Source: Bythopirellula sp.
GTDB taxonomy: Bacteria; Planctomycetota; Planctomycetia; Pirellulales; Lacipirellulaceae
Assembly (NCBI GenBank): GCA_965216565.1
Contig: OZ244170.1
Location: 3,488,001-3,552,000 of the forward strand
Direction: 5' to 3'
Length of the DNA stretch: 64,000 bases
The notes below the pieces were generated by a model. It made no database searches and had not been told where the DNA came from. It worked only from the letters and a program-made list of their open reading frames with translations. A program made the translations under genes and the position numbers. This document shows positions 52,413 to 60,967 of this stretch, one piece after another (the stretch's first letter is position 1; every line of letters begins with the position of its first letter).

Positions 52413-52545
52413 TGGGTGCCAGGCCACGGCGATCTGCCGCTGTGGGCATGCAGTCCTCGCTCCACATGCCCACGCAAGCGTGGAGCATGGCACCCACTCC
52501 TCACCGCACTTTGTAGGTCCGTCGCTGCGCTGTGGCCCACCCTAC
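52413..52545. repeat. REP-like doublet, family D (GGTGCCA...GGGCATG / CATGCCC...TGGCACC), followed by a GTAGG..CCTAC hairpin remnant
   Basis: tgggtgcca/tggcaccca and gtgggcatg/catgcccac inverted pairs; internal palindrome ccacgcaagcgtgg. Confidence 0.65.
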
Positions 52546-52728
52546 CTTTTTGGCAGCTAAGCGTTATTCCGACACTCAGAGACACCTTTGGATAAAACTG
52601 AAAAGGGCACTCATAGGTCGGGACAGCAGCCGTTGGTTTGTCGGAAGGTGGCGACTAGAATAGAGCACCTACCACGTCCCCTTGCTGACCCCTATCGGTC
52701 GCCCCCACCAATACAAGGAACACCTCTC

Positions 52729-53223
52729 TTGCGTCCGAACTTCTTGATTCCGATCCTGCTTGGCCTCTGCACCTTCGCGGGCTGCCAACAACGGATCGCC
52801 ACCAGCTTGCTTGGCAAATGGGAAGGTGTCCCCGACACCGCAGCAGCGCGGCAATCGCGGGAAGCAGAGAAATATGGCGACAAATCCGACCCCGGAGCCC
52901 CCGAGTCGAAAGCAAAGCCCCCAACCGATTGGGAAGCTTACGACATACGAGTCGTTCTAGATTTTGTAAGCCGCAGCGATGTGAAGCTATCGCTGGACAA
53001 TGGCTCCCAGCCTGTCGAAGGCACCTGGAATATGGTGCAAGCCGGACCGGTTGCCTGCACCATCGAAATCGAAACACAAACCGCTGAAGATGGTGGCGCG
53101 GAACTTCGCCGTTACAAACTGGAACTCGATGAGCGTGACGGCCAGTTATACGGGTTCATCATGACCGAACTAGGTGCCGATCGCGGCCTCGGCGCACTCT
53201 ACTTTCGCCGCGCCGACAACTAA
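52729..53223 (+). CDS. Putative lipoprotein
   Basis: TTG start after AAGGA; lipobox TFAG-C; LLGKWEG lipocalin-like start. Confidence 0.65.
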   Translation: MRPNFLIPILLGLCTFAGCQQRIATSLLGKWEGVPDTAAARQSREAEKYGDKSDPGAPESKAKPPTDWEAYDIRVVLDFVSRSDVKLSLDNGSQPVEGTWNMVQAGPVACTIEIETQTAEDGGAELRRYKLELDERDGQLYGFIMTELGADRGLGALYFRRADN

Positions 53224-53322
53224 GAGGTGAACAACTGCGAAGCGAGGACACATAACTTCTCCACAAGTCCCTCGCTCCCCTGCCCACCGCCTACTGCCCA
53301 CTCCCAAACCCAAAGGCCCCCC

Positions 53323-53829
53323 ATGTCTGAACGCGAACGTTGGATCGTTTATCCGTTGATCTTCTTCGCACTCGGCGCAGCGATTCGTGACAAACTCATC
53401 CAACGCGTAGAAACCAAAGAGATGATCTGCGAAAGCCTGCAGATTGTTGATTTGGAAAATCCTACTTATCCACTGGTAGAGCTAACATTCGCACGGCACT
53501 CTGGCAACGACCCCAACCAGCAAGCCGAGCAAGTGGGCTCGCTCCGCATTGTCGATAGCGATGGAAATCTGGTCGGGAGCATCGAAAGAAATGGCTATAT
53601 CGAACGCCTGCTCACCCGGCAGGTCCAAGTCGTCGACCCCCACGACCATCCTTTAGTGAATGTCGGCACCGAACCGGTCCTCGTACCGGGGACGATCAAC
53701 GAAGCAGGCAACGAGGGCACCATCACCCATCAAGGCGTGATCTATCTCAACAACGAAATGGTCGGCACCAGCAAAATAGAAGTGACTCCACCGCCCAGCA
53801 AAGAACCAAAACCAAACGAAACCCCCTAG
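53323..53829 (+). CDS. Hypothetical protein with N-terminal membrane anchor
   Basis: MSERERWIVYPLIFFALGAAIRDK followed by a beta-rich domain. Confidence 0.68.
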   Translation: MSERERWIVYPLIFFALGAAIRDKLIQRVETKEMICESLQIVDLENPTYPLVELTFARHSGNDPNQQAEQVGSLRIVDSDGNLVGSIERNGYIERLLTRQVQVVDPHDHPLVNVGTEPVLVPGTINEAGNEGTITHQGVIYLNNEMVGTSKIEVTPPPSKEPKPNETP

Positions 53830-53893
53830 ACCACAACAAACACCGCTTGCGTCTTCACGAAAAACAATGAACGACACCTACAGTACGTAGGGC

Positions 53894-53930
53894 CGTAGGG
53901 TGTGCCAAAGCAACGCGGCGGCACACCGAA
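53894..53930 (+). repeat. GTAG-type REP, family E, left copy
   Basis: cgtagggtgtgccaaagcaacgcggcggcacaccgaa; hairpin GGTGTGCC/GGCACACC. Confidence 0.8.
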
Positions 53931-54172
53931 TGGGTTGATGTCAAAATCTCACCCTAAACCACGATCGGAATGGTAGCCAGATTCGAGAGCACAAACGCGA
54001 TGGAGTTCCGTGCATTGCGTTGATTCCCAGACTGCGTCGGCGCTTCACGTTGAGCGCAGCTTAGCCAGCAGCTTGCTTTGACAATAAGCACAAATATAGA
54101 ATGGCGAGTACAACACAATAGCTATGACCGCCAAATCGCACGTTTATATTCTATTCCAACTGAGACCAGGCA

Positions 54173-54733
54173 GTGAATTTAGACAAGCTTCCAGAAAACC
54201 TACCGCAACCAATAGATGACGGTGCAGCAGACCACTTAGTCGGCGAGGGCCTTCCTAGAACTCTGCTTCGTACGACGAACAATGAGACTATCGACCTTAG
54301 CGATTCGACAGGACTGATTGTGCTTTACATCTATCCGATGACGGGACGGCCTGACACGCCGCTACCTGATGGTTGGAATGCCATCGCTGGTGCCAGGGGG
54401 TGCACACCCCAGTCTTGTAGTTTTCGAGACTCATACGAAGAGCTACGGGCACTGGGTGCAAAAATTTTTGGTCTCAGCTCACAGTCTACCGACTTTCAAC
54501 GGGAGGCAAAGAATCGCCTCAATCTTCCTTTCGAGTTGCTTAGCGACTCAGAATTGGCTCTAAAGTTTCAACTTGGTCTCCCCACCTTCAAAGTTAAGGA
54601 GATGGAATTATACAAGCGAGTTACACTTATCATTGTTGACTCTTCTATCCGCAAAGTGTTTTACCCTGTGTTCCCACCGAGTGAAAACGCCAACAAAGTA
54701 CTACTATGGTTACGGTCGAATACCCTAGATTAG
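54173..54733 (+). CDS. Peroxiredoxin (BCP/PrxQ-like)
   Basis: YIYPMTG...GARGCTPQSC, GLSSQ, LLSD and KRVTLI motifs. Confidence 0.88.
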   Translation: MNLDKLPENLPQPIDDGAADHLVGEGLPRTLLRTTNNETIDLSDSTGLIVLYIYPMTGRPDTPLPDGWNAIAGARGCTPQSCSFRDSYEELRALGAKIFGLSSQSTDFQREAKNRLNLPFELLSDSELALKFQLGLPTFKVKEMELYKRVTLIIVDSSIRKVFYPVFPPSENANKVLLWLRSNTLD

Positions 54734-54735
54734 TA

Positions 54736-54824
54736 CGTAGCGTGTGCCAAAGCAACGCGGCGACACACCGAACAAGACGATGTCAAACTTTCACTCTCGG
54801 TGGGCCTAGCGGCTCCACCCTACG
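54736..54824 (+). repeat. GTAG-type REP, family E, right copy plus degenerate inverted partner
   Basis: 54736-54772 matches 53894-53930 at 35/37 positions; an opposite-facing ggtgggcc...ccaccctacg lies at about 54799-54824. Confidence 0.78.
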
Positions 54825-55345
54825 TCAGATAATTCTCGCTCTGAGATTCCGGCGGAAACGTGAACCACCGGGCGGCAAATCGCGAGCGCCTTACCTAACC
54901 TATTCGTGAAAGGCACGAACTAGGATCCCGTTCATCCAACAAATCCTGTCATCCTGTCTAACAAAACTTTCTCGGTACTAAAGAACAAGAAAACCCTCAC
55001 CGACTCCGCGCTACCTAAGAGAAATTGCAACCACCATTCTTGTGCCATTTCAAGCGCGATCGTCATACAACCAGTCGTGGAGGCAGAAATGCGTTCACAC
55101 AAAATAGGCGATCGCACAATTAGCTCGCTTGTATGGCAAAAATCGTGAGACACAAGATGTGCCCCTCATCCCCAGGCAGAGGTAGTGCCTTTTCTCGAGA
55201 GAAACGCGGCTTTCGAAAAAAAACGCGTATTGGGTCGCTTTTTGGGCAGTGGCTAAATCCACTTGCCTTAATCTATCACAAGGCCACGTGGTATCTAAGC
55301 CGTTCTTTTGGTCACTCAACTCGCAAATCGCAATTCGAATCTCTA

Positions 55346-57778
55346 CTACCGCTCAAAGTGAAACTCACCACTTGCGTTCGACGCGGGATTCAATGGCTGC
55401 GGGTGATTTGTGTTCGGTTGAAACGCAGGGACGACTTGCCCCGCACCGGGTTCATTCACGGTCGTGGGAATCGGTTCGGCTTTCGCCTTAGGTTCCCACA
55501 AGGCCGCTGCAGCGGCTTGGATTTGCGCGTTCGTTTGGCCCGGTTGTTCTGGGCTAGGAAAGGCGAACGGAGCGCCGGCAGTAATCGGCTGGGCAGCCAC
55601 TTCGGGAGCCCATTGGCCCGCAGCACGTAGAGCTGCAGTCTCTCCACTCGCTGGGATGGCTTGGAGGCCCGCTGTCTGTTCACCAGATTGCTGAGCGCTT
55701 AGTGACTGGGCATTCGCATGTGAGTCGCCCGCGTCTTCCGGTGCATCGGCGGAAGGCGGAAGCTGCTGGACTTCTTCGAATTCTGTCTCCGTTGGAATCA
55801 GCTCCAACGGCGAGACGTTGTCGAGCTGCTGTTCGTACGGCCCGTAAGCAACACGAGGAGCTTTGGCGGAAGCGTAACTCAGCGGCCGACGCTTGCCCCG
55901 CGATTGCTCTCGCTCGGCGGCATCCCGGTAAGCCATCTGAGGCCAGCCGCCCTCGCTGAGGTACACGCCGTCGTAGTCGAGCAAGGTTCCCTTGGCATAG
56001 TGGACGTTTTTCACTGCCAGCACATATTCCACCAGGCTACGTTGATGCCGGCTCTCGGCATCCGCCAGGCGTCGCTGGGCATCGAGGAACAGATCGAGTG
56101 GTGCTTTATCCGCTTCGAATTCGGCCCGAATTGCTTCTAGCTGCACACGGGCAGCATCTAACCGATTGAACGAAGTTTGCGAAACGACATAGGCCCGATC
56201 CATTTCCGCCACCGCAGCCGCCACGTCGTGAAGCACCTGACGCTCTTGCTCCTGCAGAATGGTACGTTCGCGGGCCAGTTGCAACTGGGCGTTACGAGTC
56301 GCAGCAAAGCCACGGCGGAAGCCGAGCGGCACATTCAACTCCACCCCTGCTTGCCATTCCTGGAAGTCGCCGCCGGTGAGGTTTTCGTAGGCATTGTCGA
56401 ATGCTGGATTGTTGTTGTCCGGATCGAGTAGATCCTGCCCAAATCCCCGCCAACGGTAGCGACCGATGACATCGAACCGAGGCAGGAGGTAATTCTTGCT
56501 GGCAATCCACTCCAGCTCGCGACGTCGCACTTCAAACCGTTGGCGACGGAGTTCGCCACGTCGGATTAGCGATTCGCGAGTAATCTCGCACCAATCGAAG
56601 GCTACCGGCGCCGTTAATGGCTCGTCGGCAGGCCGGACCAGTCGGCCGTCGCTGGGCGGCAAGCCCATCAGCAGCCGTAAACGACGTTCCGCCACGTGCA
56701 CACCTACATTCGCACGGAAAGTACCGCCACCAAAACCGTTGCCAGTCCGTGTACCGTCGATCAGCCGACCTGTGAGGGCGTTTTCCACCTCTTCCTGAAA
56801 GCGGAAATACTGCTCGCGAGCTTGTGCTTCCTTGAACGCCTCGCCACCGCGTCGCCCGGCTTCGAAACGAGCCTGAACGCCCCGCCAGGTTTCCAGAGCG
56901 GCGTCTCGTGCTTTGATCTTCGCATCAAGATCGCGGTAAGCATAGTAAAGGTCCCAGTAGGCGTTTTCCACGTTACTGACGAGGTCGCGAACCGCCAGTT
57001 CGAAATCTGCCAGCTCAACATCTGTGTTCACACGGGCGATCAGCACACCGTTGTAGACGCCCGGGGTCGTGCTCGGCCCGGCAATGCGGTTGAATTCCAT
57101 GCCGCTGCCCTGCAGCAGAGGATGACGGAACTCCGATTCGAAATTCACGTTCCAAGCACTGGGAAACAAGTTGCTGGGGGCGTTGTTTGAATCGTATTCG
57201 ATATTGTGGCGAAAACTGAATTCCGAGCCGGTAACAGCCCGTTTTGAGAGCTGCGACTGAATAACTGCCAGGTCCTGCTGCAGGATCCGAGTGCCGCCGC
57301 CGAAAAACTCGTTGTTGATCGCCTTGTCGTTCTTCTCGCCGAACACGCTGGTACTGAACTGGGCATCGAAGGCACTAAGTGCGGCGTCGATGCCGAACCG
57401 TGGATCGGTCTCTCTCACCGCGGGATCCCAATAGGTTTCTACCGAAGAAGGCGCCCGAAGCACGGCCCCACCCAATTCACGCAATACCTTCGACTGCGAA
57501 AGGGCCAGATGGACGACCTCTTCTAGCGGCAACTCCCAGTATTCAGGTTCTTCGTTGTCGGAAAGAGTGAGCGGCTCGACACATGCCCAACTCGAATCAA
57601 CCGCGCAGCACTGATTGACTTGTGGGTACTCGATCTCCGAGGCCATCGTGCGATAACAATCGGACGATTTACCCGCTTTGAAATCGCAGGCCGAGCGACC
57701 GTGGCAACCTAGAGTGGCTGCCAAGACGCTACTAAGCAGTGCGAAGAGTTGCATTTTTGTGGATGGCTGTCTGTACAT
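55346..57778 (-). CDS. TolC-family outer membrane efflux lipoprotein (large planctomycete type)
   Basis: Lipobox ATLG-C; VENAYWDLYYAY, LLPRFDV, GVELNVPLG and LDAQRRLADAE OEP repeats. Confidence 0.88.
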   Translation of the reverse strand: MYRQPSTKMQLFALLSSVLAATLGCHGRSACDFKAGKSSDCYRTMASEIEYPQVNQCCAVDSSWACVEPLTLSDNEEPEYWELPLEEVVHLALSQSKVLRELGGAVLRAPSSVETYWDPAVRETDPRFGIDAALSAFDAQFSTSVFGEKNDKAINNEFFGGGTRILQQDLAVIQSQLSKRAVTGSEFSFRHNIEYDSNNAPSNLFPSAWNVNFESEFRHPLLQGSGMEFNRIAGPSTTPGVYNGVLIARVNTDVELADFELAVRDLVSNVENAYWDLYYAYRDLDAKIKARDAALETWRGVQARFEAGRRGGEAFKEAQAREQYFRFQEEVENALTGRLIDGTRTGNGFGGGTFRANVGVHVAERRLRLLMGLPPSDGRLVRPADEPLTAPVAFDWCEITRESLIRRGELRRQRFEVRRRELEWIASKNYLLPRFDVIGRYRWRGFGQDLLDPDNNNPAFDNAYENLTGGDFQEWQAGVELNVPLGFRRGFAATRNAQLQLARERTILQEQERQVLHDVAAAVAEMDRAYVVSQTSFNRLDAARVQLEAIRAEFEADKAPLDLFLDAQRRLADAESRHQRSLVEYVLAVKNVHYAKGTLLDYDGVYLSEGGWPQMAYRDAAEREQSRGKRRPLSYASAKAPRVAYGPYEQQLDNVSPLELIPTETEFEEVQQLPPSADAPEDAGDSHANAQSLSAQQSGEQTAGLQAIPASGETAALRAAGQWAPEVAAQPITAGAPFAFPSPEQPGQTNAQIQAAAAALWEPKAKAEPIPTTVNEPGAGQVVPAFQPNTNHPQPLNPASNASGEFHFER

Positions 57779-58057
57779 GTCAGCAGATCGCTTTGTCGAA
57801 TCCTGGCCACCCCTGGCAGTAACTCAATGACGGTACGCACGGCGATTACGTAAGCCGATGGACCCTCGCTATCGTTTTCGGCGCCCGAGAACCGGAATAA
57901 CCAGAGTTTTCGTGCCGAATTGTTAAAAACATCAAACTTTGCTCGACAGTCAGAGTTTGCGCAAGTTGCCAGCAGCGGCCTCTGGCATCGCTGTTTCCGT
58001 CTATTGTTCGCCGCTAGCAAGAGTGTTTTCTGCGGTCTTGGATATACTGAAACTGTG

Positions 58058-60076
58058 ATGTCCTCGACCGAAAAACCGACGACCGACGGCAATACGTGGG
58101 ACCAACTAGAACAATTGGCCGACGAGTTGCATGATCTTGCGCGCACTCCGATCGATGCTGCTGAGTTCTATCGCGTACTACTTCAAGGCGCGGTGGCAAT
58201 GCTAGCTACGGACGGCGGTGCGGTATGGCAACGGGATGCCCACGGCCTGTGGAGCATCGTCTATCAAGCCAATCTTGCCCGTGTGTTGGACACACAGAAT
58301 CCAGACACCGCTGCGACACATCAACAATTGCTGACGCGGACATCCCAGTCCAGGGAGGTCCAATTGCTATCGCCCGGCAGTGGAACGGCAGACACACTGG
58401 AGAATCCCACAGATGCTCAAGTGTTGATTGGAACCGTACCTGTCGAAAGTGGTCCGGAGCGTTTGATCGAGCTGTTTTTGCCCACCGGTTGCGGCCCGGA
58501 GATTCACCAAGGCTGGCGGGAACTGTTGGAGACGCTTCGCCAGATTGCTGCCGATTATCATGCCTGGGACGAATTTCGTCACCTCCGGAAGGAACAAGGC
58601 TTCCATACCAGTTCACTCGCGATGCTACGGCGGGTACACGGAAACTCCGACCTACAGAGAACCGCGTTCGAGGTAGCGAACGAAGGACGTCAGCTCGTGG
58701 GTGCCGATCGTCTGAGCGTCCTGCTGCGAAGAGGCAATCGCTGGCGGCTCTTGGCTGTGAGTGGCGTCGACCGTGTGGAACCTCGCTCCGATGCTGCGAA
58801 GAGCTTGTGCCAATTGGCGGATTGGACTGCGCGTTGGAACGAACCGCTGGAATATGCCGAACAAAGCGGCCTCGAGAGCCTACCTGATGAATTGGCGGAC
58901 GTATTGGCCCGTCATGCAGACCAATCGCAGGCACGTTCGGTGGTTGCTGTGCCACTAGAATTCGTTCGCGAAACAGAAATACGCAAACCAACAACCGTCC
59001 GACCATCGGCAGTACTCATCGCTGAGCAATTCCAAGGCGACAACACCACGCTGACTCGACAGCATGTGCAAGACCTAGGCGAACTATGCGTCCCCGCTTT
59101 GCAGCAGGCCGATCGGCTCGATCGATTCCCGCTACGGACGATTCTCCGCTGGAGCGACCGCTGGGCCAAGCTGGGTTGGCTACGCGGCATCGCCAGAACG
59201 CTTTTGTACGCGACCGCAGCGGCAGCCTTGGTGGGAGCACTGGTATTTGTGGAGCGCGACTTCGAAGTCGAGGCCTCCGCCAACCTGGTTCCTCTGGTCG
59301 ATCACGATGTCTTTGCGTCGACTGATGGAACGGTTGCTACGGTACTCGTAGACCATGGAGATAGCGTCAATGCGGGAGATGTTCTGGCTACCTTGGACGA
59401 TCCTCAACTAGTGCTCGATTTGCAACGTGTCCGCGGCGAGATTGAGACGACTCGCAAACGGCTGGAAGCCATCGCGGTCGCCCGCACTGATCGGCAAGTG
59501 CGAGAGAACATTGAATCGGAGAGCCTGTCACTCTCCGCGGAAGCCGAGCAGCTTCGGCAACGGATGAACAGCCTGGAACGGCAGACGGAGATTCTCCTTG
59601 CTCGGCAATCAGCGCTAACCGTGAAGAGCCCCATTGACGGCATCGTGCTTACTCTCGACGTGCAGCACCTCTTAGAAACACGCCCCGTTTCTCGGGGGCA
59701 AGTGCTGTTTACAGTGGCCGATCCCAATGTGGGTTGGCAGTTGCTCGCTGAAGTTCCGCAAGACAGGATCGGCCATGTTACCCAGGCTCAGGACGAACAG
59801 GAGTCTGTACCGGTCAGAGTTCGACTGGTGGGCGACATCGATCAAATCTTCTCGGGACATCTTAACGCTATACGGGAAACCGCCGTGCTGGATGTCGATT
59901 CTCTGGCCGAAGACCTGCCTGCCGTTCAGGTGGAGATCTCCCTAGACGACCAATTACCATCGATTGCCCGACCGGGCATGAACGCCGACGTTCGGATTTA
60001 CTGTGGGCGTAAGTCGCTCGGATATGTCTGGCTGCATGACGTTTGGGAAACCGTGCACCGTTGGATAATTTTTTGA
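58058..60076 (+). CDS. GAF-like domains fused to an HlyD/membrane-fusion adaptor
   Basis: ANEGRQLVGADRLSV (GAF-like), TM, lipoyl-like halves (DGTVATVLVDHGDSV..GDVLA; VKSPIDGIV) and RPGMNADVRI. Confidence 0.82.
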   Translation: MSSTEKPTTDGNTWDQLEQLADELHDLARTPIDAAEFYRVLLQGAVAMLATDGGAVWQRDAHGLWSIVYQANLARVLDTQNPDTAATHQQLLTRTSQSREVQLLSPGSGTADTLENPTDAQVLIGTVPVESGPERLIELFLPTGCGPEIHQGWRELLETLRQIAADYHAWDEFRHLRKEQGFHTSSLAMLRRVHGNSDLQRTAFEVANEGRQLVGADRLSVLLRRGNRWRLLAVSGVDRVEPRSDAAKSLCQLADWTARWNEPLEYAEQSGLESLPDELADVLARHADQSQARSVVAVPLEFVRETEIRKPTTVRPSAVLIAEQFQGDNTTLTRQHVQDLGELCVPALQQADRLDRFPLRTILRWSDRWAKLGWLRGIARTLLYATAAAALVGALVFVERDFEVEASANLVPLVDHDVFASTDGTVATVLVDHGDSVNAGDVLATLDDPQLVLDLQRVRGEIETTRKRLEAIAVARTDRQVRENIESESLSLSAEAEQLRQRMNSLERQTEILLARQSALTVKSPIDGIVLTLDVQHLLETRPVSRGQVLFTVADPNVGWQLLAEVPQDRIGHVTQAQDEQESVPVRVRLVGDIDQIFSGHLNAIRETAVLDVDSLAEDLPAVQVEISLDDQLPSIARPGMNADVRIYCGRKSLGYVWLHDVWETVHRWIIF

Positions 60077-60948
60077 TGAACAAGCTCCAAGCAATTTTCT
60101 GCCTAGTGCTGCTGGCCTCGGTGCCTGTAACTAACGCATGCGCTAGCGATGTGGAACCAATTACCATCGAATCCGTCGTGTTGCGGCCGCTGCGTGCTGC
60201 CGAAATCCCAGCTCAGCAAACGGGATTGCTACTGCAGGTTTCTGTAGACGAAGGAGAAGTCGTCAAGAAGAAGCAAATTCTAGCCACGTTAGACCCTCAC
60301 GCAGCCCATCTAGCGGTGAAGCAAGCAATCGCCGAACGCGATCAGGCTCGAAAGGTTGCCGAGAATCGAATCAGCGTTGAATACACGGACAAAGCGATCG
60401 AAGTCGCTGAGGCGGAATTGCGGCGTTCGATGGAATCGATCGAGAAATTCCCGAAGAGCATTTCACAGTCGCAAATTGATGTGGAGCGATTGACGGTGGA
60501 AAAACTTCAACTCGAGCGACAACAGGCAGAGCACCAATTGTTACTGGAATCGTACTCCTTGAAGCTCAAAGAGAACGAACTTGCTGCGGCGAAATTGGCC
60601 TTGGAGAAACATCGCCTGCAGGCACCTTTCTCGGGGACTGTGGTTCTCGTGCGGGGACGCGTCGGTGAGTGGGTCGAAAAAGGCGACCTTGTGTTGCGAC
60701 TGGTAGCCGTGAAGAAGCTTCGTGCAGAAGGGTTCCTGCCCGTCGAACAGGCTTCGGCAGATCTGGTCGGACGAAACGTAACTTTCTCAACTGAACTCGG
60801 CGGCAAACCACTGCAGGCCACTGGCGAACTACGCTTTGTCAGCCCCGAAATGGATCCGGTGACACGACAAGTTCGCGTTTGGGCGGAACTCGATAATAGT
60901 GCTGGCACCCTGCGTTCGGGTGGCCAGGGAACAATGCGCATCGAATAG
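60076..60948 (+). CDS. Periplasmic adaptor (HlyD/MFP) with signal peptide
   Basis: IPAQQTGLL..VSVDEGEVV, coiled coil, LQAPFSGTV and FVSPEMDPVTRQVRVWAE; TGATG coupling to the upstream gene. Confidence 0.88.
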   Translation: MNKLQAIFCLVLLASVPVTNACASDVEPITIESVVLRPLRAAEIPAQQTGLLLQVSVDEGEVVKKKQILATLDPHAAHLAVKQAIAERDQARKVAENRISVEYTDKAIEVAEAELRRSMESIEKFPKSISQSQIDVERLTVEKLQLERQQAEHQLLLESYSLKLKENELAAAKLALEKHRLQAPFSGTVVLVRGRVGEWVEKGDLVLRLVAVKKLRAEGFLPVEQASADLVGRNVTFSTELGGKPLQATGELRFVSPEMDPVTRQVRVWAELDNSAGTLRSGGQGTMRIE

Positions 60949-60967
60949 ACCCAGAATCCAACGTTCC

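Noticed and set aside
54030..54160. Integron attC site before the peroxiredoxin
   Set aside because: Only a short imperfect palindrome (gcgcttcacgttgagcgc); no clear RYYYAAC/GTTRRRY pair and no integrase.
53894..54772. 37-bp direct repeats as a CRISPR array
   Set aside because: Only two copies about 840 bp apart enclosing a gene; no spacers or cas genes.
54830..55340. Short ORFs or an ncRNA in the ~500-bp gap before the TolC stop
   Set aside because: No convincing coding signal or structured-RNA consensus; left unannotated.
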